A stretch of DNA of 51,258 nucleotides from Acetobacteraceae bacterium (GCA_019241425.1 JAFAXA010000243.1:1-51258); one strand, 5' to 3'; numbered from the stretch's first letter, positions 34,556-42,854 are shown. Numbers and translations: made by a program. Notes: generated by a model not told the origin, from the letters alone.

Positions 34556-35538
34556 GACGAGACGGGCTGCCTTCGGACGCCGATGCCGTCCTGTTCTGGC
34601 GCGTCGCCCGAAAAACCGTCCGGCTCGACGGTGCTGAGCTTCGTCATGTCGACGGTTCTCGTGTTGTCCTCGCGCCAGGACACCGCGTCGACGTAGCGCA
34701 TGCGCCAGGCGATATCGCGCGCGCCATAGGTGTGCACGTCGCACACCATGCTCGCGATCGCCTGGTCACGCACCTCGATGCTGACCAGCATCCGGAAATC
34801 GCCGTCCTCCAGGCTTTCCGGCGTCGCGCCCCAAAGCGGACTCGCTTCGGTGATTTCGTGGACCACCGTCCAGGTCAGCAGAAACACCGGAATGCTCGCG
34901 CGCACCAGTTCCAACTCATGCGAGCGCCAGAACGTGTGCCCCTCTTCCGTCTGCTCCAGCAGAATGACCGAGACTTTGGCGCGCGCATCGCCGAGCGGGC
35001 TGAGCCGGCCGTTGCCGACCCGCACCATGAGCGCGGGCTTGCCGTTATGCGTGGTGATGACCGGATTCTCGGCGAACAGGATCTTCGCCTTCGGCCGCGA
35101 GAAGCGGACAAAGATCAGCCCGGTGAATACCGCCGTGAGCGTCATGCCGCACAGGATCTCGACCGCGGAAACGATGTGGCCGTAGAGCGTGCCGGGCGCC
35201 ATCACGCCGTAGCCGACGGTTGCCAGCGTTTCGATGCTGAAGAAGAACACATCGGACAGCGACCCCGGCCGCGCATTGACGACGCTGCCCGGCGCCAGCG
35301 CGTACAGGCTCGCGAACGAAAGATTGATGACGAGTTCGACGACGAGCAGCACCGCGAAGAATTTCGGCCATGAGAGCGTCACCGCCAGGTGATACGGGTC
35401 GCGCCAGTCGACGCGGGCGACGCCCTTCTTGCGGAGCGTCATCCCTTCCGCTTCCGTCACCCGCAGGCCGTCCCGCGCGTGCAGATCGCGGAGCCGCTGG
35501 CCGAGGCGGCGCCCGCCTGCCGCTTCAGTGCCTTCCAT
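34552..35538 (-). CDS. prokaryotic inward-rectifier-type K+ channel (KirBac)
   Basis: Slide helix and TM1, pore helix FFFSIETLATVGYG selectivity filter, TM2, and a cytoplasmic Ig-like domain alignable by eye to KirBac1.1 (FSRPKAKILFAENPV, LVRASIPVFLLTWTVVHEI). Confidence 0.88.
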   Translation of the reverse strand: MEGTEAAGGRRLGQRLRDLHARDGLRVTEAEGMTLRKKGVARVDWRDPYHLAVTLSWPKFFAVLLVVELVINLSFASLYALAPGSVVNARPGSLSDVFFFSIETLATVGYGVMAPGTLYGHIVSAVEILCGMTLTAVFTGLIFVRFSRPKAKILFAENPVITTHNGKPALMVRVGNGRLSPLGDARAKVSVILLEQTEEGHTFWRSHELELVRASIPVFLLTWTVVHEITEASPLWGATPESLEDGDFRMLVSIEVRDQAIASMVCDVHTYGARDIAWRMRYVDAVSWREDNTRTVDMTKLSTVEPDGFSGDAPEQDGIGVRRQPVSS

Positions 35539-35632
35539 ATCGGTCCATTGACGGCCGGGCGCTTCCCATCGCTATCTCCCCGCCGAGTCTTAAGCCGCGG
35601 ACTGGCGGGGCAACAAGCGGGAGGGTGCCGGT

Positions 35633-36628
35633 ATGAGCGAGACGGGGTTCCGGGCGCTGGTCGCCCGCCGGGACGGAAAAGAACAGACGGTCCGGTTCGA
35701 GACGCTGACGGATTCCGACCTTCCGGAAGCCGAGGTGACGGTGGACGTCGAATACTCCTCGTTCAACTACAAGGACGGGCTGGCGTTGAAGGGCCTCAGC
35801 CGCATCCTGCGCAGCCACCCGATCGTGCCCGGCATCGACTTCGCGGGGACCGTGGCCGCCTCACAGGACGAGCGCTTCCGGCCGGGGGACAAGGTGATCC
35901 TGACCGGCTGGGGCGTCGGCGAAAGCTGGTCGGGCGGGTTCGCCGAGCGGGCGCGGGTCAAGGGCGATTGGCTGGTCAAGCTGCCGGACGGCCTCGATAC
36001 GCGGGCGGCGATGGCGATCGGCACCGCCGGGCTTACGGCGATGCTGAGCGTGATGGCGCTGGAGCGGTTCGGTCTCCGGCGGGGCGGCGACGTGCTGGTG
36101 ACGGGCGCGGCGGGGGGCGTCGGCAGCGTCGGCGTGCGGCTGTTGTCGAAGGCCGGCTACGCGGTGACGGCGCTGACCGGTCGCCGCAGCGAGGAGGATT
36201 TCCTGCGCGGGCTGGGCGCCGCCGCCATTCTCGACCGCGCCGAATACGAAGCGTCGCCGAAGCCGCTGGCCGGCGAGCGCTGGCATGGCGCGATCGACAC
36301 CGCGGGCGGCGTCATTCTCGCCAATGTGCTGGCAGCGATGGCGAGCGAGTCGGCGGCGGCGGCGTGCGGCCTCGCGGCCAGCACCGACCTGCCGGCGACG
36401 GTGTTTCCGTTCATCCTGCGCGGCGTCGCATTGCTCGGAATCGAATCCGTGCGCTGCCCGACGGAGCGGCGGGAGGAGGCGTGGCGGCGTCTGGCGCGGG
36501 AGTTCGATGCCCGCGATTTCGAGGCGGTGACCGAGGAGATCGGCTTGGACGATCTGCCCGCTCGCGCCGATGCGATCCTCGCCGGCAAGGTGCGCGGCCG
36601 CACGGTGGTACGGGTGGCGGGCGGCTAG
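35633..36628 (+). CDS. acuI: YhdH/AcuI-type MDR oxidoreductase (acrylyl-CoA reductase-like)
   Basis: VEYSSFNYKDGLALKG motif and a GAAGGVGS NADPH site. Confidence 0.84.
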   Translation: MSETGFRALVARRDGKEQTVRFETLTDSDLPEAEVTVDVEYSSFNYKDGLALKGLSRILRSHPIVPGIDFAGTVAASQDERFRPGDKVILTGWGVGESWSGGFAERARVKGDWLVKLPDGLDTRAAMAIGTAGLTAMLSVMALERFGLRRGGDVLVTGAAGGVGSVGVRLLSKAGYAVTALTGRRSEEDFLRGLGAAAILDRAEYEASPKPLAGERWHGAIDTAGGVILANVLAAMASESAAAACGLAASTDLPATVFPFILRGVALLGIESVRCPTERREEAWRRLAREFDARDFEAVTEEIGLDDLPARADAILAGKVRGRTVVRVAGG

Positions 36629-36671
36629 AGGGGCTTGGCGCTGGCGTCGGCCACCCGTCGCTACCGAAGGC

Positions 36672-37205
36672 TCAAGGGGCGTAGTGCGTGAAGACGAAAT
36701 CCTCGGCTTTCGGCAGGCGGGCGTGGCACGGCGCGCACGTCCCGAGCAGGGCCTCGTCTCGGTTTGGCTTGCCGTCTTCGAACTGGCCGAATCCCCATCC
36801 GCTCGTGGCGGCATATTTCTGCGAGTCCTTGACCGAGAACTGTACGTTTGTGGGCGGCCCGGCGACGAAGGATTGGACCTTGCCGAAGATCGCGTTGTCC
36901 TCGGCCGACGGCACATATTTCCACGCCAGCCGCGCGATGATCGCGCCGTCCGGGAACGGGCGCGTCCCGTCCCGGAAGGCTTTCATTGCGATATCGTTTG
37001 CAAGCATCGCGCGGAGGTCGTTGAGACTGCCCTTTTCGTGGGCGACGCTCACCACCGGCCAGCCGCGATACCCGTCGGGAAGCCTGACGCCGTAAATTGC
37101 GGAACCGGCGTCATCGGCACGTCCGGTCGTGCAAAGCAGCGCAGCGATGGCGCATGTTGCAGCGACAACTGCAAACGTCCAGAAAGGGGGTCGCTTCTTT
37201 CTCAC
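36672..37205 (-). CDS. cytochrome P460 family protein
   Basis: Signal peptide; SVKDSQKYAATSGWGF closely matches the Nitrosomonas P460 SVKDSQRFANEPGNWAF; a single C-terminal heme site CAPCH. Confidence 0.85.
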   Translation of the reverse strand: MRKKRPPFWTFAVVAATCAIAALLCTTGRADDAGSAIYGVRLPDGYRGWPVVSVAHEKGSLNDLRAMLANDIAMKAFRDGTRPFPDGAIIARLAWKYVPSAEDNAIFGKVQSFVAGPPTNVQFSVKDSQKYAATSGWGFGQFEDGKPNRDEALLGTCAPCHARLPKAEDFVFTHYAP

Positions 37206-37221
37206 GCGGCAGAGACGGGGA

Positions 37222-37986
37222 CTATTCGGGCGGTTGCAGCGTGACGCCGTAGCGGCCGTAGATGCCTTGAAGCACGCCGCGCTCCGCCAGCCGCGCCATC
37301 GCGTCGTCGACCGCTCGCCGCAAAGCCTCGTCCGGCGCTTTCATTCCCACACTGACATTCCAGGACAACGCCGGCACCGATCCATCCGGATGCACGAGCC
37401 GGAGCGCATCGCCGGGATGTCCGGCGTTGTAGAATCCCGCCGCGACCGGCGTCACCGCGGCGGCATCGATGTCGCCGCCCGCCAGGCCTTGCAGAATGTC
37501 ATCCTCGAAGCCGAACACCGAGATCGGCACGCCGCGCCCGTCGAGCGTCATCGCGGCGACCGATCCGACCTGCACGCCGACTCGGTTGTGGGCGCCCAGA
37601 TCGCGATACGCCCGCACCGGGCTTTCCGGCCGCACCGCGAGCACCACGCCGCTGCGGTAGTAGGGCCGCCCCAGCTTGAGGCCGGTCTCCTCCTGCGCCT
37701 GTTGGTCGGCGATGGCGTCGAGGATGATGTCGCATCCGGCGGCGCGGATCTGCGAGGTGGTCACGATCCAAACCGGCGTCAAAGACAGCCCCAATTCCTT
37801 GGCGAGCGCCCGCCCGAGCTCGATCTGAAATCCGGGCGGATTGTCGGCCCGGCTCGAGAACGGCAAAGCGTTGGGATGGGCGCATAGCTCCAGCGTGCCG
37901 CGGGCCTGCAATGCGGCGAGCGATCGCGCTTCCGCGGCCGGCGTGAGCAGGAGCAGCAGGAGGGCGGCGATGCCCGGCCGTGTCAT
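37222..37986 (-). CDS. MoxJ/XoxJ-like quinoprotein-dehydrogenase-associated periplasmic binding protein (SBP family 3)
   Basis: Signal peptide MTRPGIAALLLLLLTPAAEA, then LELCAHPNALPFSS and a family-3 SBP fold. ATG at 37986 overlaps the cytochrome c stop (ATGA). Confidence 0.8.
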   Translation of the reverse strand: MTRPGIAALLLLLLTPAAEARSLAALQARGTLELCAHPNALPFSSRADNPPGFQIELGRALAKELGLSLTPVWIVTTSQIRAAGCDIILDAIADQQAQEETGLKLGRPYYRSGVVLAVRPESPVRAYRDLGAHNRVGVQVGSVAAMTLDGRGVPISVFGFEDDILQGLAGGDIDAAAVTPVAAGFYNAGHPGDALRLVHPDGSVPALSWNVSVGMKAPDEALRRAVDDAMARLAERGVLQGIYGRYGVTLQPPE

Positions 37987-38285
37987 TCCGGCGGCAACGA
38001 GCGGATGTAGCCGACCAGACTGGTGATCTGCTCCGGCGTCAGCGTTCCGCCGAAGGCCGGCATCGCTCCCGGCTTGCCGTGCGTGATGCGGTTGACGATG
38101 AAGGCGTCGTCGCGCTCGGTGCCGGCGAGTTTCGGCCCTTTGCCGGGCGCGCGTCCGCCTTGTGAGTGGCACCACCCGCAGGTGGTCGCGAACAGCGCCG
38201 CGCTCCCGTTCGGCTCTTCGGCGCGGGTCGGCGACGGCGCGATGACGACGCACCATGCCCAAAGCAACAGGATCGCGATGCGCAT
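37983..38285 (-). CDS. small class I c-type cytochrome (100 aa precursor)
   Basis: Signal peptide, a single CGWCH heme site, and a distal GAMPAF Met ligand region. Confidence 0.82.
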   Translation of the reverse strand: MRIAILLLWAWCVVIAPSPTRAEEPNGSAALFATTCGWCHSQGGRAPGKGPKLAGTERDDAFIVNRITHGKPGAMPAFGGTLTPEQITSLVGYIRSLPPE

Positions 38286-38313
38286 CGGTTGCTCCTCCGT
38301 GCGAGGTGATGCC

Positions 38314-38350
38314 GCACCGGAACGGGCGGGGCGGCCCGCCCCCCCGGTGC
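38314..38350 (-). other. GC-rich intercistronic stem-loop between the PQQ dehydrogenase and the cytochrome c gene
   Basis: Outer stem GCACCGG/CCGGTGC encloses an inner G/C-only hairpin. No U-tract follows on the mRNA strand. Confidence 0.4.
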
Positions 38351-38359
38351 AGGCCGGGC

Positions 38360-40114
38360 TTATTGCTTCAAGGCGAAGACGATCATTGCGCCTGCATCTT
38401 TCGCCATCGATTTGTACGGCTCGCCGAAGGCGCCGTCGTAATCATCGCCGACGAGGCTGCCCCAGCCGGTGGCGACCGCAACATATTCCTTGCCGCCGGC
38501 GCTATAGGCGATGATGCCGCCGACATGGCCCAGCCCATCGTTGTGCGACCAAAGCTCCTTGCCGTCCTCGGCGTTGTAGGCGTGCAAGATGCCCGTCGCA
38601 TCGGGCACGAAGACCAGATTTCCGGCCGTTGCGAGCACGCTCGCAAGCGGCGGTTGCGCGTACCGCACCTCCCATTTCTTCTGGCCGGTGACCGGATCGC
38701 GCGCGTCGAGATGTCCGGCGATCTGGCCGTTCGGCGGAGGACGCAGGGTAAAATTGGCGCCGATATTGAGCTGGACCTGCGGCTCGACGATCGGCGTCGT
38801 TTTCACGATCTCGATGTCGATGCACCATTCGTTGCCGATCTTGTAGTAGAGGCCGGTTTTCGGGCTGTACGACCCGGCATTCCAGCTCACGCCGCCATCG
38901 ATCGCGGGGCAGAGCGGCGTCGCTTGCTTGCCCTCCGTCATGTCGCGCCTGCCGATCAACTCGCCCGTCTTCGGATCGATCGACTTCACGAAATTGTAGT
39001 TCTCGACGATCGGCCAAACATTCGCCAGCCCGGCGTCTTTGCGATCGTAGACGAAGATGAAGCCGCTCTTGTTCGGATGCACCACAAGGTCGCGCCCGTC
39101 GCGGTTGATCATCATCATTTCGCCGACCGCGCTGTCGAAATCCCAGGCGTCATGCGGCAATTCCTGGTGATAGAACTTCAACTTCCCGGAATCGGGGTCG
39201 AGCGCGATCACCGACGTCGTGTAGAGATCGTCTCCCGGCCGCGGCCCTTTGGTCTTCCACTCCGGCCCTGCCCAGTCATAGAGCGGGCCGGGGTTTGCCG
39301 TGCCCCACCACACCGTGTTGCTGGCCGCGTCGTAGGTCCCGGGCATCCAGCCGCCGCCGCCGCCGGTCCGCCACGAATCGTTGCCCCATGTCGCCTTGGC
39401 CTCGTCCGTGCCGCCCGCGACGTCGAACTCCCAAAGCTGTTTGCCGGTCGCGGCGTCGACGCCGAAGATTGGGCCGCGATACGGCCACTCGCCTCCTTGC
39501 GCCCCGATGATGACCTTGCCGCGCACGAAGAGCGGCGCGCCGGTGAAGCCGACCGTGAGTTTCTGCGAGTTGATGAGTTTGGTGTCCCAGACCGGCTTGC
39601 CGGTCTTGGCGTCGACGGCGATGAGGCGGCCATCCACCGTGCCGATATAAACCCGGCCGTCGCCGATCGCGATCCCGCGGTTATACGGCGAATGCGTTTG
39701 CCGGGAGATGAGGTCCTCATCCAGTTTCGGAATATACGACCAGAGCACCTTGCCGGTCGCGCCATCTAGAGCGAACAGCCGGCTGTACGAACCCGAGTAA
39801 TAGAGAACGCCATCGGCGGCGAGCGGCATGGTTTGCAAACCGCGCGTCGTGCGGCCCGGGAAGTGGGTCCACGCCACTTCGAGATCCTTCACGTTGCCCG
39901 TGTTGATCTGATCGAGCCCGCTGAAATGATGGGATTGATAGGTGCCGTGATAGGTGAGCCAGTCAGCACCGGCCTCGTCGGCGCTTTCGATCCGCGCCGC
40001 GTCGACGGGCTTTGCCGATCCTTCGCCCGAATTGGTGGCTTGGGCATGCGCCGCCGCAAACGGCGCCGCGGCAAAGCTGGTGGCCAGCAAAAATTGCAGG
40101 CATTTGGTTCTCAT
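38360..40114 (-). CDS. PQQ-dependent dehydrogenase, methanol/ethanol family (8-bladed propeller), atypical
   Basis: Signal peptide MRTKCLQFLLATSFAAAPFAAAHA. Propeller W-motifs, GAQGGEWPYRG, PHDAWDFDS and the conserved distal disulfide pair are present. Start ATG at 40114 (the track's 17-codon extension was dropped). Confidence 0.9.
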   Translation of the reverse strand: MRTKCLQFLLATSFAAAPFAAAHAQATNSGEGSAKPVDAARIESADEAGADWLTYHGTYQSHHFSGLDQINTGNVKDLEVAWTHFPGRTTRGLQTMPLAADGVLYYSGSYSRLFALDGATGKVLWSYIPKLDEDLISRQTHSPYNRGIAIGDGRVYIGTVDGRLIAVDAKTGKPVWDTKLINSQKLTVGFTGAPLFVRGKVIIGAQGGEWPYRGPIFGVDAATGKQLWEFDVAGGTDEAKATWGNDSWRTGGGGGWMPGTYDAASNTVWWGTANPGPLYDWAGPEWKTKGPRPGDDLYTTSVIALDPDSGKLKFYHQELPHDAWDFDSAVGEMMMINRDGRDLVVHPNKSGFIFVYDRKDAGLANVWPIVENYNFVKSIDPKTGELIGRRDMTEGKQATPLCPAIDGGVSWNAGSYSPKTGLYYKIGNEWCIDIEIVKTTPIVEPQVQLNIGANFTLRPPPNGQIAGHLDARDPVTGQKKWEVRYAQPPLASVLATAGNLVFVPDATGILHAYNAEDGKELWSHNDGLGHVGGIIAYSAGGKEYVAVATGWGSLVGDDYDGAFGEPYKSMAKDAGAMIVFALKQ

Positions 40115-40374
40115 CGCGTTTCCCCCGTGCTGCTTATGCGGCTTTGTTTGCACTTGGCACAGCATACGCCCGGCACACGTGATGACAAACGGTAAACGCC
40201 GCGGGGCCGCGTGTAACTTTGGCGTGCAAGCAAAACGTCGCCATCGTCATCGAGATCGGGGCGCGAACGACGCCGCATCGAACGGGCCGGCAATTTGCTC
40301 CCGTCTCATTCGCCTTTTGCGCGCGTCCCGGGCGTTACGCCGCAGTGCAAACGTCGCCGACAACCCTATGGAAC

Positions 40375-40415
40375 CAATGGATGCGCCTGCACCGGACGGC
40401 GCGCGTCAGACGCTG
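40375..40415. repeat. left copy of an imperfect direct repeat
   Basis: Positions 40378-40415 align with 40960-40997 at a constant offset of 582 nt with 34 of 38 identities (hand aligned). Weaker similarity continues to about 40428/41004 with a 5-nt indel. Confidence 0.6.
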
Positions 40416-40492
40416 CTTACGCTTCGGGCAGACTGCCACAACGCGCCCGATCATGGAACGCCATCTTAGCCGGTGGAAACGCAGACAGATGG

Positions 40493-40618
40493 TTAGGCCG
40501 GCACGCTATCCCGACGCGCCCGGGTCGCCCGCCGCTGCCGAATACGGCGGACGGTTGCGAAGCTGGCGACCAAGCTGCCGACCAGCAAAGCGGCTTCGAC
40601 CAAGATCAGCCCCGTCAT
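40493..40618 (-). CDS. 41-aa single-TM peptide with a strongly basic tail
   Basis: Below the track cutoff. MTGLILVEAALLVGSLVASFATVRRIRQRRATRARRDSVPA. Its ATG overlaps the stop of the upstream 76-aa ORF (ATGA). Third codon positions are G/C-rich. Confidence 0.3.
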   Translation of the reverse strand: MTGLILVEAALLVGSLVASFATVRRIRQRRATRARRDSVPA

Positions 40619-40845
40619 TCCTGCAGTTCCTCAATCAAGTCGATCGTCGCGGCGATGGTCCAGAACGCGCATCCGAACGTAGCACAGACCGCCAGCCAGA
40701 AACCGAAGCTCCAAGGCTGGGTCTCAAGTAGCAGGTAGGCTCCCGCCCCGCTCGCGAAAAGAGACAGCCCCGCACCCAATAGGTTGCACAAGGCGCCGAT
40801 CAGCCGTCGGAGATTGGTCGTGTTCTGGCGCTTGTTCTTCGGCAT
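40615..40845 (-). CDS. 76-aa two-TM membrane protein (basic N-terminus, acidic C-terminus)
   Basis: MPKNKRQNTTNLRR, two hydrophobic spans, then DLIEELQE. No family recognised. Confidence 0.4.
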   Translation of the reverse strand: MPKNKRQNTTNLRRLIGALCNLLGAGLSLFASGAGAYLLLETQPWSFGFWLAVCATFGCAFWTIAATIDLIEELQE

Positions 40846-40956
40846 AGCCGGCGCTCACAACCAAGAATGCCGGGCTGCCGAACCACCTTTTACTCGACCA
40901 GACAGCGGGGGGGTAAGAGTCGCGGGTCAATCGGCAACGCTGCCCGTCGTACCGCC

Positions 40957-40997
40957 CGATGGGTGCGCCCGCACCGGGCGGCGCGCGTCAGAGGCTG
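40957..40997. repeat. right copy of the imperfect direct repeat, spanning the recQ stop codon
   Basis: See the left copy. It includes the recQ TGA (40988-40990). Confidence 0.6.
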
Positions 40998-42826
40998 GCT
41001 TCGGCGAGCGCGGCCAGGAGCCGCTTGCCGTAGCGCTCGACCTTGGAGGCGCCGACGCCCTTGATCTCGGCAAGCTCGTCGAGCGTTGCCGGACGGGTGC
41101 GCGCGACGTCGCGGAGCACCGCATCCCAGAAGATCACGTAAGGCGGAACCCCCTGCGCCTTCGCCTCGGCAAGACGCCAGCGGCGCAGGGCGTCGAACAC
41201 CGGGTCCGGGTCGGCGTGGTCGGGCGCCTGACGTGGCGATCCCGGTTCGGCAGCTGGCGGCGGCTTGTCACGGCGGAGCGTCAGGCCGGTTTCGCCGCGC
41301 AGAATGGGGCGTGCCTTGGTTTCGACGGGAAACAGGGCGCCATGGCCCGCGGTGTCGACGTCGAGCGCGCCATGCGCGATCAATTGCCGCAAAACGCCGC
41401 GCCAGAAACCGGCGCCGTGCTCCCGCCCGACGCCGAATGTCGGGAGGCGGTCGTGCCCGTGCCGCCGCACCGCGTCCGTCATTTCGCCGCGCAATACCGA
41501 CACGATATGGACGGCGCCGAACATCTGCTTCGTGCGGAGAACGGCGGACAGCGCCATTTGCGCTTCGCGCAGGCCGTCGAACGTCTCCGGCGGTGCTCCG
41601 CAATTGTCGCAATGCCCGCAGGCTTCGGCAAGCTCCTCGCCGAAACAGGATAGGAGCGTGCGCGTGCGGCAGCCGGCCGCCTCCGTCAGACCGATCATCG
41701 CGTCGAGGCGCGCGCCCATGACGCGCCGCTGGGCGTCGGGCGCTGCGGATTGCGCGAGAAAGTGCCGGGCCCGAGCGATGTCCTCGACGCCGTGCAGCAG
41801 CAGCGTCGCGGCGGGATCCCCATCCCGGCCGGCCCGGCCGATCTGCTGATAGTAGGCTTCGGGACTGTCCGGCATGTCCAGATGCACGACGAAGCGGACA
41901 TCCGGACGGTCGATCCCCATGCCGAAGGCGATCGTTGCAACAACAATCACCGGCTCGCCCGAACGAAACCGCGCGAGCGCGGCGCGCTTGGCGGACGGGT
42001 CGAGCCGTGCGTGGAAGGCGATCGCCGGATAGCCGCGTTCGGCGAGCTTTGCCGCGACCTTCTCGGTCTTGGCGCGGCTGCCGCAATAGACGATGCCGCA
42101 AGTGCCGGTTCGCCGCTTCAGGAAAGCGAGGAGCTGCGCCGTTTCGCCGGTCTTGGGCGCCGCCGCGATATGGAGGTTGCGGCGATGGAAGCTCGCGGCG
42201 AACACGCGCGCTTCCGTCATGCCCAGCGCCGCGAGGATGTCGTCGCGGGTGCGCCGATCGGCGGTCGCGGTGAGCGCGATCCGGGGCACGCCGGGGAACC
42301 GGGCCGGCAGACACGCGAGGTCGCGATATTCCGGGCGAAATTCGTGCCCCCATTGCGACACGCAATGCGCTTCGTCGATGGCGATCAGCGCGATCGGCAG
42401 ACGCGCGAGCCGCTCGCGCAGACCCGACCCGAGCAGGCGTTCGGGCGAAACGTAGAGCAGGTCGAGGCGGCCCTCGGCCAGCGAGCGCGCCGTTTCCTGG
42501 GCGGCCGCGGGCTCGAGTTCCGAGTGCAGCACCCCCGCCGCGACCCCGAGCTGGCGCAATGCCGCCACCTGGTCGTCCATCAGCGCAATCAGGGGCGAAA
42601 CGATGATCGCCGTGCCGGGGCGGCACAGCGCCGGAACCTGATAGCAGAGGCTTTTGCCGCCGCCGGTCGGCATCAGCACGAGGGCGTCGCCGCCCGCCAC
42701 GACATGCGCGACCGCTTGTTCCTGCAAGCCGCGAAAGCTCGCGAATCCGAACACCCGGCGCAGAACGGCGCCCGGCTCGCGTTCGGATGGATCGGACGCG
42801 GCGTGCGCGGCGGCTGCTCCGCTCAT
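40988..42826 (-). CDS. recQ: ATP-dependent DNA helicase RecQ
   Basis: FGFASFRGLQ, MPTGGGKSLCYQ, DEAH box (IDEAHCVSQWGHEFRP), zinc-binding CGHCDNC, RQC and HRDC (DAVLRDVA...LAEIKGVG). Confidence 0.94.
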   Translation of the reverse strand: MSGAAAAHAASDPSEREPGAVLRRVFGFASFRGLQEQAVAHVVAGGDALVLMPTGGGKSLCYQVPALCRPGTAIIVSPLIALMDDQVAALRQLGVAAGVLHSELEPAAAQETARSLAEGRLDLLYVSPERLLGSGLRERLARLPIALIAIDEAHCVSQWGHEFRPEYRDLACLPARFPGVPRIALTATADRRTRDDILAALGMTEARVFAASFHRRNLHIAAAPKTGETAQLLAFLKRRTGTCGIVYCGSRAKTEKVAAKLAERGYPAIAFHARLDPSAKRAALARFRSGEPVIVVATIAFGMGIDRPDVRFVVHLDMPDSPEAYYQQIGRAGRDGDPAATLLLHGVEDIARARHFLAQSAAPDAQRRVMGARLDAMIGLTEAAGCRTRTLLSCFGEELAEACGHCDNCGAPPETFDGLREAQMALSAVLRTKQMFGAVHIVSVLRGEMTDAVRRHGHDRLPTFGVGREHGAGFWRGVLRQLIAHGALDVDTAGHGALFPVETKARPILRGETGLTLRRDKPPPAAEPGSPRQAPDHADPDPVFDALRRWRLAEAKAQGVPPYVIFWDAVLRDVARTRPATLDELAEIKGVGASKVERYGKRLLAALAEASL

Positions 42827-42854
42827 GCCGTTGCGGCGGTCCGCGTGAACGCGG

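Noticed and set aside
38255-39769. A 504-aa plus-strand ORF antisense to the PQQ dehydrogenase. Similar long antisense ORFs occur at 43026..44708, 44852..46705, 13867..15234 and 35861..36916.
   Set aside because: No recognisable motifs and an Arg/Asp/Gly-rich composition. Each lies opposite a confidently identified gene.
40152-40168. TGGCAC-N5-ACGCC sigma-54-like element upstream of the PQQ dehydrogenase region
   Set aside because: Only the GG and GC dinucleotides fit and the -12 box is poor. It lies on the plus strand, facing away from the dehydrogenase, with no credible downstream gene.
40492-40498. GTTAGGC (matching the integron core-site consensus GTTRRRY) at the end of the mini-cassette, suggesting an integron gene cassette
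   Set aside because: A degenerate 7-mer is expected by chance. I could not find an attC-like imperfect inverted-repeat structure, and no intI is present. The flanking repeat is direct, not attC-like.
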